Below are positions 28,201 to 32,787 of a DNA stretch of 64,000 bases, one piece after another (the first letter of the stretch is position 1; every line of letters starts with the position of its first letter). The DNA comes from a virus (Duplodnaviria; Caudoviricetes): the IMG/VR virus record IMGVR_UViG_3300025084_000011, positions 1 to 64,000 of that record. One strand, given 5' to 3'. The notes below the pieces were generated by a model, which was not told the DNA's origin, did no database searches, and worked only from the letters and a program-made list of their open reading frames with translations. The position numbers were made by a program, and so were the translations under genes.

Positions 28201-31141
28201 TGAATATGAGCAAGAATCTACTCAGTTTAAGATTGATAGTTCTCTCAATGCTGCATACTTTGCTATCAGCAGAGGTACACCTCCTGCACAAAACAGTGTT
28301 CAGTGGACCAATAATGTTCATGCTAATAATGCACAGAATCTATATGACGAAGGTAATGATTGGAACACTGATCCTGATCTGATCATCAACACACCTACTG
28401 TTGAAGTTGGTTTTGAAAGAAGAGAGAACAGAATTATTATTCAACGTCCTAACTTCTACTCACGCGGTGATATTCTGCAATATGCAATTGCATCTGCTGA
28501 TGTTGAATCTGCTTTCGCTAATCAAGATTACTTCTATGTTCTCAATGCAACACCAACGCAATTTGAGATCACAAGAGAAATCAGACATGATGCAAGATTC
28601 TCTCGCTTCGCAGTTGACACAAGAACTTCTGGGCAGCAGCAACTGCAAAGTCCCGTAAGATCTGGTCTTGTACGTCAATCAACTACATACGGCACAAGAG
28701 ATATCGACAACCCTGTCAGTGGTGGTTTTAACCTCGCAGACGTGGTTGTGGGCACTACATCTACTGCAAGTTCTGAGATTGTTCGGAACAAGAATAACTC
28801 TGCTGACATCATCAAACTGTATTACAGGTACACCATCAGACTTGCCACTGGCAGGTTCACAGTTGGTGAGCAAGTACAAGTTCAAGGTGGTGGTGCCAAC
28901 AACGGTATCGTCATGCAGACCTCAGTCCTCACGGGCGATAATGAGGATGAAGGTTGGGTGTACATCGAGAATATCACGGGTACGCTTAGCAGCACTCAGG
29001 TGCTCGAAGGTGTGGACAGTGGAATCACAGCAGAACTCAGCAGTGACGGCACAACTCGCATGTTGATCAATACTGATCGTGGTGGGTTTACTAACGGTGA
29101 GATTATCTTCAACAAAGATAACGGCGCTGAGGCAACCATTGTTTCCTTCGAGAACTCTGCTGGTATCTTGACTGGTAACAGCGGTGGTCGTATCACGATC
29201 GATATCGAAACTCTGCAAGATGACTTCACTGACGGTGACATCATTTACGGTTCTATCACTGACAAGATTCTTGACATTGGTAAGATCAGCAAAGAAGGAT
29301 TCAGAGACATTGAACTTAATCAGTTCGTACACGCGGTTAAGACGATCGAGTGTGATGTCAACAGCGTCCTGAGAGATCAAGGTTTCGAGGGTGACTTCAA
29401 GAGAGGTGATATTGTTTATCTCCTTTCAGGTGGTGTACCTAAGGTTCCTGGTTGGACTGCTCTCGTTACAGATTATGTGTACGAGGAAGGCGTTCAGCAT
29501 AAGATCTGGATCGCGAACTTGACACCATTTGGCGCTGCTGCTGATGGCACTACAACCACAGATCCTCAGGAACTAATAGGCGGTGGATTAGGTAGATTTG
29601 AAAACCTCAATAACTTCCCAATCATCTCCTGTGATATTACTACGGTTACTGAGACCAACTACACGTCCTACGGTAAGGTTTCTGGCAAGTCAATTAGTGG
29701 CGATACAGGTCGCCTATGGTTGGAAGATGTTAATGGTGATTTCCCATCAAACTTGACAATCAGATCCGACTATGGATGGTCTGCTGGTGTTACCCAAGCG
29801 AAGAATCTCTTGGGTCGCTGCGATAGGTTCTTCCGTGGATTCGATGGCATTGCTGATACCTTCAAACTGACGGTTAGCAATGGTGAAGCATACTTCCCAG
29901 ATCCCGCTGGTCACCTACTCGTCTTTGTTAATGGTGTTATGCAACCTCCTGGTGCTAACTTCGCATACACTGCATTCTCTGACCAGATCACGTTCACTGA
30001 ACCACCTACCATTGGATCTGAATTCATTGGTTACTACGTGGGTAAACTGAGACAACTGGATGATATCTCGTTTGAGTTTGACTCCTTGCGCTCGTCCTTC
30101 AACCTGAAATATCAGGGTGGATTCTACTCACTGACGCTGACTGAGGGCGTTTCGTCTAACACGATTCTTCCAGAAAACAACATCATCGTCTCGCTCAATG
30201 GTGTTATTCAGGAAGCAGGTATTGGTTATGAACTGGTTGGTTCTAGAATCATCTTCGCTGAGATTCCTCGTGCAGGATCGACATTCGTTGCCTTCTCTTA
30301 CATCGGTTCCGACGCTGACGTTATCGCAGCAACTGTCGTGCCACCGATCGAAGCAGGCGATGTTCTACAAATCGAAGGTGAAGCAGACGAACGTGAAGTT
30401 GCTCTGATTGAGTCTTCCAACTCACTGATCACCTTCGAGTACACAGGCACAGTTAAGGGTCGTGGTGCTACCGCTCTTGCATCAATCAAGTCTGGTGAAA
30501 TCACTAAGGCAATTATCACCGCACCTGGTGATGGTTACTCCTCGCGCCCGAACGTGGATGTGGTTTCCTCCACTGGTTTTGACGGTCGTGTTCGTGCCCT
30601 AATGGGTCTATTGAGAATTGATGTCAAGACTCCTGGTATTGATTATCAGCAACCAATTGTTGATGTTCAGACTACCGTCGAAGATGATTTTGTTGCTCCT
30701 AGTGGACCTGCTGTTAACCAAGGTTTCGACACCTACGCTGGTGAGGGCACTGACGCTCAGGGCAACCCAATCGTCATCATCCCTGGTTATATCAACGTCG
30801 CATCACAACCTGTGAACGTGACAGTGAACCAAGGTCAGACTGCATCCTTCACCATTGTCGCTCAGTTCATCAACAGTTCTGACAATCAGATTGGATCTAC
30901 TGCTCTGAACTATCAGTGGCAGCGTAAGCAGTATGGCGAAACTAACTGGTCGAACATCACTGGTTCTACCAGTGCCACATACACATCATTGACTGCCGAA
31001 CAAGCAGATGATGGTGATGAGTTCCGTGTTGCAGTTACTGCTGCTGGTGCTACACCAATCTACTCCAACTCTGTGATCCTCACAGTACAGACTGGTGCAA
31101 CTGTTGTTAACAACTTCAACCCGACTCAGATTTTTCAATAA
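10217..31141 (+). CDS. gp7: Giant baseplate wedge initiator gp7 / multidomain virion protein (6974 aa)
   Basis: N-terminus ISDRVANQLPEFI and KIKDFYLSKGT motifs, and position between gp6 and gp8. Contains many GxGYxxxP repeats, a YHYH-like segment, a beta-propeller-like region, two LamG-like domains, two CBM5/12-like repeats, helical repeats and a C-terminal Ig-like domain. Confidence 0.88.
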   Translation: MFAKTINISDRVANQLPEFIRNEDEQLVNFLIEYYKSQEKTGRPYNVLNNLIKYLDLDEYDQKILTSSTSLIKEVGIYDEVIEVEQIDGFLPSKGSVMIDNEIIYYDETVRGPDAILTPGISLEEFNKKRQALESPWELFDGARTTFPLKFLGTPVSAVSADHLAVTIYGDLLIPQVDYTVSGSEITLTVPPRARTGNDQVELTQILYYVGFADSVIKDLVIPDVNDLVGLDSTTMEYDSLPYSPIAEIGLIINRNAVLQRPYLDYVLTDNNTKIKFFVNISNQDTFHIRSIEYVSPTVGSGASAVTRVGASGEIDKIIIKDGGKGYQLNFAPKLSIYSSTGVGEASAGRTLVNGIKDSQLIRGGQGYTSYNPPVLKITPPSDLINGSQATAEITVDDDTGMVSSIEITNSGSGYDFIPAITFLNPDGAEISSPEIDSEGRLVPASIAVTQGGIGYSNPPEIYIDAAPDGGINAAATCTVAPNGQIVSVTITNRGRGYLTPPRARVIQPVGAQVLDITVANGNVTNINLLTGGKGYLDAPSVYIVDDRKGPLNEPIGGTGAEAVATIFNGEITDINIVNFGTGYSDTEPPKVYIASPASAQASCDVGFGEVTGFTILSAGRKYEPSALTGCARGVSDVATFDNYANQIYAKESQLTQSSHPAESVVNNLDSMIIKQVFDKFRRQYMPTINLDYSQVNPVLVIKKIKDFYLSKGTKKATQYLFKILFGEEIDVYYPRDEMITPSAASWVVDTILRAELISGDPANLKDSQLVQIADEVDQNIKDASVLIENVISIIEGTDIIYELAISEETLNGEFKIPYKTVLVEPLDTTGGIITVDSTIGWPEKNGTIIIDDNEIVQYKDKSLNQFIECTRSKNGVVEDWDPGTIIHSDIFVYANRGQETEVQLRILGIAEAGTTVLEDSGSYYLPGDKLNVAALGSTDQDERLQSWLYNVKKLIKVSQIIPGGLNRTATVTCENPHGLLVEDTVTIYGANPAVYNGTFEVTARLDDFTFSYLIPVPTAIEPQGNILLSVDLNRGKSTQSTINEVISLFTSNVQNSFFNNDFVYVAASGLPNYKVGPFSGSALIPGNQRKLLRFPRTVNTVSTRTTVLPNTPIGAWVNGVSAWGYKDQEFVTFGPLTGIDITNTGEEYDAGSTPTLEITGGGGSGAVASVIVNGSLSTVDVLTQGTGYTTQPLISIVGGGGSGATAQAVVTNGRVTRVLVGNPGTGYTSQPTISITGGGGSGATAIAQVRGAISGVNILSRGTGYTSTPTLKLNSGEGALAQPIVINGRIVSVAIINSGDGYTTAPTVYINGDGFGAKATAVIGTLGEDKGKVISVSITNKGVGYTQGNTTVRMEAVGQLATFNANVFQWNKNLEYNLSTKYDIARGYVFTGFNNQYGGEYAHVSDPKELRYVVGDNVILDPETNTFKEEGTETGAAISHSPILGWAFDGNPIYGPYGYIDPTDQNGGIRRMRSSYRLKTNVVYDVDTNPEPARIDGPVLADYPAGQFVDDYEYAFQEGDLDPYNGRFCKTPDYPDGTYCYFITIDASEAGLPVFPYIIGPEFNSIVDTWNLSQSAVQENIPQDVSRFRDPYEEVDIDIERQPNQQSDQLVTEKEGDLILFETSDIDNDGIISPAEIATNLVMTEEAALQIYDYFPRVSTESRVDIEVETTTKFENAQIDGFVIENSGVSYQVNDTLFFDNTGTDGFGASAQVESVQGASIAAYSKEVINDIPYGKITTSTDHELIGQDEIIVSSRVITENTNKRFYMSVVTGIDSILVSQTGIGYNEAIPPSYEIITPSGQDVELDIVLDLTTGKVDTVNIVNSGFNYDTENTPQIRVSHPQRFKKTYYWSTSFAESADCKFEITDSVVSAERNLYICGQITKPNGDSAAFVAKFNDLGNVVWDRTLLPSSAIKVARWKKMYLDETSEENDLIYLIGETESQGTANRNPDILVAKYESGLDNANNPEGIVRWQKEIAGVSGSTRRDYAGDIYLDADQRVYICGWTDTNSPDPDDIWIIQLNSFGDLIEKRKFASDSEGEQMYQLHFIGDNKLVFAGIDKDNNDLLFGEMEYDGANIEFTYVKRLAISGGDVQNPQFVLDEYDDLFFVCDMWNGTKNYGVAFFKIAMSQIKLVVASPEWQFAKIMAPTVQFESVKHAGITLDIFGNVNVVTEIKYEDNNLTANIASFKYDGTLLNQSDVWKTANDIGFTTHTHAVDNSGDIILSCNTQNADQTIVHRFENADNLVEDSTKQEIPTITVLNAANAAHDTTDYKFGSGSLDFTALNRIQWEDLNITTDWTVGMWVQMDSAHDSSNATVEMITAVADTGGTVRFTIEGNSGLANYGKVALQLTPAGAATTTVWSVGSTYWAALSDNTWHHIAFVKEEPSLGSYVYSCYFDGVIVATTTTTENIVLNDLYVGAEVASPATANCFIGNIDDLIVDPKAVYTTASFTLPTERYRITSADSSIELIKFDRLHSKRGTYTPTSATRSGENLRIEDIDSGTAGINVNTISNPVITIWSVGSSGLQILDYSDVTSTLAPGTFNFVTDRFTYETKTSTIPTPLGRKLILDPIVLPKYYIRDAGYQKIDAVKEFTFNQDIKFEKGSIIQQTNAQGVVQAFGTIVEVPVGSIDDPGVGTTYKVGKIYGNFNNTDLFQNDLGETNTIEEISFEVSRPQTAWEAGKAYAVNDQVWSDDKIYYATNNATSGVTEPTHTIGAVTDGAVVWQFISDAPNIEVNLLDYPWPVPTDATPWAETRSYQLDDTVYFGRNKYTCTVAGTTGTTAPTHTSGTATDNSVTWTYTSTYDPLYNYARFRPTNVLDYRVTILNTFSGSDFIVGDVVSLGNSVNAGPKEDTNNKIAEVSGLSSVKTIRVTVNLNKDIVRTSEANTDLIYCSALSPHNFKTNDILFVEGFTTAEFNGSFFVKEVFSSRDFTYRMRAIATGEPAFQQNAIARVKIASKHPTLLLVRNHSYIFDMSDISNFGYYLSFAQDNQFKLEYSFNVIEREGTPGLSSATETPVVKFTIGGEVTNITYYFDPSRTTDTSPVGENSFIDVIKTPFDGRFQISEVISDTEFRFPLLTEPEFTNAEIGLNDRDVPNTIYSTTSTKAIGPINSIRLISPGGFYKKLPIISDIASDRKIEKLRITAAGTEYAPGVYTQISIDGDGEGALCNITVELDAETGSGAISDVALTDPGKGYTFATIDIDGIPGILGATLAGSGGAIEVVIPDEGTGAAVFLTGTQIGKIKTLKNNEFGYGYSHDYTLRPEIAFPINLQLFNTSILSQIKITNPGAGYTSAPAVLISGGGGVNAEAEAVVKNNRLSEILIKNPGSGYSSQPIVTLKSEFTYVVNLDLNYLQFNFPHGITTGAEVQFRADNIGSTEGILPKPSSVGLTSLSASQTYYAIAGDANGLESDQLRFGLTPVDAESGNFITFLTQGDGRQVLLTEVFGGQAEAVVETSRFLEGEQVFQGETFETATAFGIVSENDGWQIQPKILKVTNPDGDFVVGGKVQGIISRASGVIDNLNIAKGVLNIDAITKTAGRFTDDVGKPSEIVQKIQDSFFYQNFSYVIKSQIPINKWKNQILENNHPVGFSMFGQLELTGGKDISGRKVAADFTKQVNINEYTNVNEITSFGAAQPIYSTFNNSEVLFRKKRLTNSEEILTSIVKKIDSISSQFDGVTKAFPITVEGNQVIVNENQLLVTLNGVIQSPGNAYNVVGGSIVFSEAPRPDSKVVYRNISFDIMPITRLNLNTIAGIFPSIGDTVNGFTTQTTARVVATGATSIDVVDIGSGTGTFDLNERVDVGRTGFSALIGSIDKSFTKLFLQSIGGTFGTILIGDIVTGQTTGARATVTSIDLTDQSIQVTDMSNGYFDRGEDIQFFAAGYGANILNVDSVNYKTIFEFGESLTGLDNDTAIVEETNLDLDGNVSDKLVLSKTSGTAEYETGAYNLLLNDIFYSASSNIAGRITQISPYRDPITSINIERPSTVTGEWASFQEGDQFLGLTSGARGEVVRIDYEASPPILYYLRKTEQNFNLDPNTIDPTDGDQTAVSETVQKYENDVNGNEVLDSLTETLLGEARIGDVVDTLVINRGSTFFGMIFERLISLTNQNQILDDVSKTTITPVEILDSSDRINADFLDFEEVRSTEIEYEDLTGGTLAVGDKLRSIQVTYGNPVTDSLNRWKDAGRMIEFNRQEIVDFANAEISVEHPAFYYPGDNQTDQFSRFADSYRLIAKNKEYIIAKSYADMVVEYPLLTIPSSTKCKRDIGKYIDALSMDMFQGGTVYTRKLLQSYFSTDGLTFLYIDGEEQATEYAFEQALNYMKDALTNMLTGSEVVDGVTYVKYDERSSGGSSGTGITADPSPGNNYGTAGSNAINYGATNCSDVQSALTTLFTNVSEVLLAGSLSDLIDLSEPNTYSANETKCRRDIGLMVDALAADIAGDGNYQIVEFTKKYFDNAGTPISNGLVGEVAESLTAFRKAGEMCRKAINNLLYVQVNTRTAETGYMLKDPTTYAGPYLGSSGTELTEFDVSNAAYVSGSGIMTLTIGSHSLTTSDSITIRPYSLRFTCSSDSNATFHDYPRTGDPAFNTPLTIDAVTATTIEVNVGASPAGQQYAHTFISAIDNAVFQGGGGAAAYYDPNYYSGRNESIQHCADVQAGIHTLVELAATAIGAGSLTSINSLAVVSDGSYQINENLRVYKLSYKDPGGNGFFIPGDVIKGATSGATFLAKGANSGLKWLYTNSVTGTFQDREILSNTKLTSSNAVLTGLIKKSGSKSLRLDAGGYLSHELSEVQKFGTDDFTIEMWIRPTTLSGLQYLWDTRTSGAAEVGSPVLYLNGSNISWYLNGSDQISGAHNLGTDAWHHIAVSRTTNITKLWVNGTQVGGDFTDNTNYLERAFKIGADLTNANGFVGWIDNIIIKKGVSDYTATFTPGSTYPTTTNDISFGMSMELPLIMSDQERYGVYTGQTNSSATAKSIDFDNKQFIIEDINLARDEHRKCADLIELNYDWIAQVAIGLMKEKYSDFLIPGDTLDGVGTQQGTNKCLRDTKEYILKAIVEDIKYGGNYNSVIAGRGYLTKDGGLNYVGNELLQSIYTWTELANVVNYVITTTSGDLETYNGTKYTELLRIPNNFTSPASTAVTDEITALSNTIADIIGPTGDRFRDAGDMIWKNRSYIAEETVGYLQANYIKEINGTTYDFLTMPGYGDSYCERDIKQHILPAVVTDLITGGNSATQYVIDQYINVNDQIIHIENELGPMLDAFTFIKKLVHHAVNNTLLSKGTTAAEFSVDFEYQDDYYIAQWTDLPAYKDNTLIIDSKGYEGGNSSDVNKNLDVADLIEANKHVIAREAVYTMNDMSKYLDLAVPGGAQNCIDDVIDVLDAVIHDMRFGGNSKTWDAAALYLNEEDDSLKHIEGEVDASIDVYKIAAEICILTMRNGFGRDNLYIYQEDGGVDPVTGQPISGGSSLDSVDVSTYERNGADDRFVDAGNVIDRNIRLIAEEAVAQGLAQYPSLTINGSGGSGGVKKTPTSATYNQANGDMTLTVVGHGLSTSDRVTIKPGSIVFTCTSNANATEHAYPRQSDPAYNTSLAISAATTDTFTVNVGAAAAEYQYAHTFVSAQQDAVVTNGYIDCVHDVTDVLSAMVWNLKYGGNNKVFKSAELYVSGSNLQHIVGVSTESIWILNKARDLAIQAMRDETITITAAHGFSQKTYTDLDYFPYSEGGYAITVDTDSPKCADVASAITSMMSIVTDTITTPASIEDGTITKTLPFIWPVKYSPEYVQRDVSVTYEDGSDWNQVCATQATNIETLFDIVIDTISTANAGNASYLNGVTRDTGYNANTDYQYYTCYNVTSASDTLFELMEETLGGGSKSDKAVARRILWNKHAVSLKAFSEVQTAYPATLAEQSFGDALLDGLLYDLNTGGNIGILRIVNTWFDGEGNFIAFPDVTKQHLLWYVTRISEYAKRILDDYNDNLVGGEWYGYDIYLDETHINTGAIEHRFEYEQESTQFKIDSSLNAAYFAISRGTPPAQNSVQWTNNVHANNAQNLYDEGNDWNTDPDLIINTPTVEVGFERRENRIIIQRPNFYSRGDILQYAIASADVESAFANQDYFYVLNATPTQFEITREIRHDARFSRFAVDTRTSGQQQLQSPVRSGLVRQSTTYGTRDIDNPVSGGFNLADVVVGTTSTASSEIVRNKNNSADIIKLYYRYTIRLATGRFTVGEQVQVQGGGANNGIVMQTSVLTGDNEDEGWVYIENITGTLSSTQVLEGVDSGITAELSSDGTTRMLINTDRGGFTNGEIIFNKDNGAEATIVSFENSAGILTGNSGGRITIDIETLQDDFTDGDIIYGSITDKILDIGKISKEGFRDIELNQFVHAVKTIECDVNSVLRDQGFEGDFKRGDIVYLLSGGVPKVPGWTALVTDYVYEEGVQHKIWIANLTPFGAAADGTTTTDPQELIGGGLGRFENLNNFPIISCDITTVTETNYTSYGKVSGKSISGDTGRLWLEDVNGDFPSNLTIRSDYGWSAGVTQAKNLLGRCDRFFRGFDGIADTFKLTVSNGEAYFPDPAGHLLVFVNGVMQPPGANFAYTAFSDQITFTEPPTIGSEFIGYYVGKLRQLDDISFEFDSLRSSFNLKYQGGFYSLTLTEGVSSNTILPENNIIVSLNGVIQEAGIGYELVGSRIIFAEIPRAGSTFVAFSYIGSDADVIAATVVPPIEAGDVLQIEGEADEREVALIESSNSLITFEYTGTVKGRGATALASIKSGEITKAIITAPGDGYSSRPNVDVVSSTGFDGRVRALMGLLRIDVKTPGIDYQQPIVDVQTTVEDDFVAPSGPAVNQGFDTYAGEGTDAQGNPIVIIPGYINVASQPVNVTVNQGQTASFTIVAQFINSSDNQIGSTALNYQWQRKQYGETNWSNITGSTSATYTSLTAEQADDGDEFRVAVTAAGATPIYSNSVILTVQTGATVVNNFNPTQIFQ
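22748..28270 (+). repeat. About seven phycobiliprotein-like helical repeat units inside gp7
   Basis: Recurring R-F-x-D-A-x3-I-x2-N-x3-I-x3-A-x8-P, C-x-R/D/H-D-x14/15-GG and C-x2-V-x3-I/L-x2-L-F motifs. Confidence 0.7.
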
Positions 31142-31144
31142 ATA
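31137..31144 (+). promoter_or_regulatory. Late promoter AATAAATA
   Basis: Overlaps the gp7 stop, upstream of 31158. Confidence 0.65.
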
Positions 31145-31157
31145 GATAAAAAGCACA

Positions 31158-32762
31158 ATGACAGCAACCGCTGAATTTAACGCTGGCACTAGGATAATTA
31201 CCGTAGATGCGGATGGGTTACCAACCCCCGTAGAATACGGTACATTTCCTAATGTAAATAATCCGAATAGCGTCACTGAGCAAGCATTTGATCATGACTT
31301 CTATTATAGAGGTGGCACCTTTGGTGTAACTAGACAATTGGATTCCAATGTCTATGTACATGAAGGGTTTTTTATTAGTGTTGCATTGTCAGTTGCTGAT
31401 AACTCTTTATTGGGTAATCAGATTCAAGTTGGTGACAGAATTCTTTTTCTGTTTGATGAAGGCACACCAGAAGAAGAGAAGTTAGTATTTACATATAGAG
31501 GGACAGAACAAACTGCAATCCCTGGTGAATTTTGGAGAGAGACTGATCAGAATTTACAACTGGTCATGGAGTATACAGCGACTGGTCGTTCTGGTACATA
31601 TAGTTATTATGATCAAAGAAATGGCAGGGTCAATACACCCTTAGGTGCTATTGGTATTGCTGCTAATGGAGTAGTTTTCTTCAATCCTTCTGCTGGTGCT
31701 GGCGGAAACCCACCAGTTAATTTCAGTTGGAATGCACACTTCCCAAGTTCACCAGTAACATTTGGTGAAGACAGTTGTGGTGGTCATCCAGAAAACACTG
31801 GTCAGTATCACTATCATGATACTGAGTTTTTGGAGTGTTGGAAGAATGGTGCCGCCATGGCATCTTACAATGATTACTATGGTTCTTCTCAGTATAATGG
31901 TGACAATCTAAGACACCCAGATGGGCATTCTAAAATCTTAGGATATGCATTTGATGGATTTCCTATCTACGGTCCATACCTTTATAGTAATAGTTGGAAT
32001 GTTAATTCTAATGTCACAACTGCTACCAGTTCGTATCGTGTCAGATCAGAAGAGGTAGAAAACAGACCAATATATGGTGACTCTCAGCAGAACCCCCCTG
32101 CTGGATCCTTGATGGAAGATTGGGAATATGCAGAAGGTCTGGGTAATTTAGATAGACATAATGGTAGATTTTGCATCACTCCTGAATTTCAGAGTGGTAC
32201 ATATGCATATTTCTTATCTACTGAGGTAGATAGTGAGAACAATCTACAACCAGTATTCCCATATCTTATGGGTCTAACTTCTCGTGAACTTATAGATCAA
32301 CCACCAAACAATGGCGCTGCAACACCTCCTGCACCTCCTACTGGTGGTGGTGAGGAAGCACCTCCTGCTGTCATTCAAATTGCTTTGCAACCTGCAAATG
32401 CAACTTATAATGTCAATCAGACTGTCACATTCTCGATCACTGCTGCCATCAGTCCAGAAGATGGACCTAAGGCATATCAGTGGTTTAGATCTACTGATGG
32501 TGGATTCTCGTTTGCTGTGTTGACTGGTGCAACTAATTCAACATATACATTTACAGCATTGAACTACATGTCTGGATATAAATTCAGATGTGAAGTACGT
32601 GGTCCTTTGGGTCTAGGTGTGACCCCTGCACAAAACTCACCTCTAACGTCAGACGTTGCAACTCTGACTGTGACTGGTTTCGGTGATGGTCAAGGTGATG
32701 CCGACTTCTCATCTACGGATGCTAAGTTCAGCACTACCAGCATCTCCTTCGACGCAACATAA
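31158..32762 (+). CDS. YHYH-domain virion protein with a C-terminal Ig-like domain
   Basis: IGIAANGVVFFNP, GGHP..GQYHYH, GHSKILGYAFDGFPIYGPY and LDRHNGRF motifs; Ig-like segment LQPANAT...YQWFRS...YKFRCEV. Confidence 0.85.
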   Translation: MTATAEFNAGTRIITVDADGLPTPVEYGTFPNVNNPNSVTEQAFDHDFYYRGGTFGVTRQLDSNVYVHEGFFISVALSVADNSLLGNQIQVGDRILFLFDEGTPEEEKLVFTYRGTEQTAIPGEFWRETDQNLQLVMEYTATGRSGTYSYYDQRNGRVNTPLGAIGIAANGVVFFNPSAGAGGNPPVNFSWNAHFPSSPVTFGEDSCGGHPENTGQYHYHDTEFLECWKNGAAMASYNDYYGSSQYNGDNLRHPDGHSKILGYAFDGFPIYGPYLYSNSWNVNSNVTTATSSYRVRSEEVENRPIYGDSQQNPPAGSLMEDWEYAEGLGNLDRHNGRFCITPEFQSGTYAYFLSTEVDSENNLQPVFPYLMGLTSRELIDQPPNNGAATPPAPPTGGGEEAPPAVIQIALQPANATYNVNQTVTFSITAAISPEDGPKAYQWFRSTDGGFSFAVLTGATNSTYTFTALNYMSGYKFRCEVRGPLGLGVTPAQNSPLTSDVATLTVTGFGDGQGDADFSSTDAKFSTTSISFDAT

Positions 32763-32765
32763 ATA
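32758..32765 (+). promoter_or_regulatory. Late promoter CATAAATA
   Basis: Overlaps the stop of the YHYH gene, upstream of 32788. Confidence 0.65.
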
Positions 32766-32787
32766 GAATTGTAAAAAAAGAACGATC

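Noticed and set aside
28680-29420. Apparent rise in GC and altered codon usage within gp7 suggesting a recombined segment
   Set aside because: An impression only. It was not quantified and no boundaries or repeats were identified.
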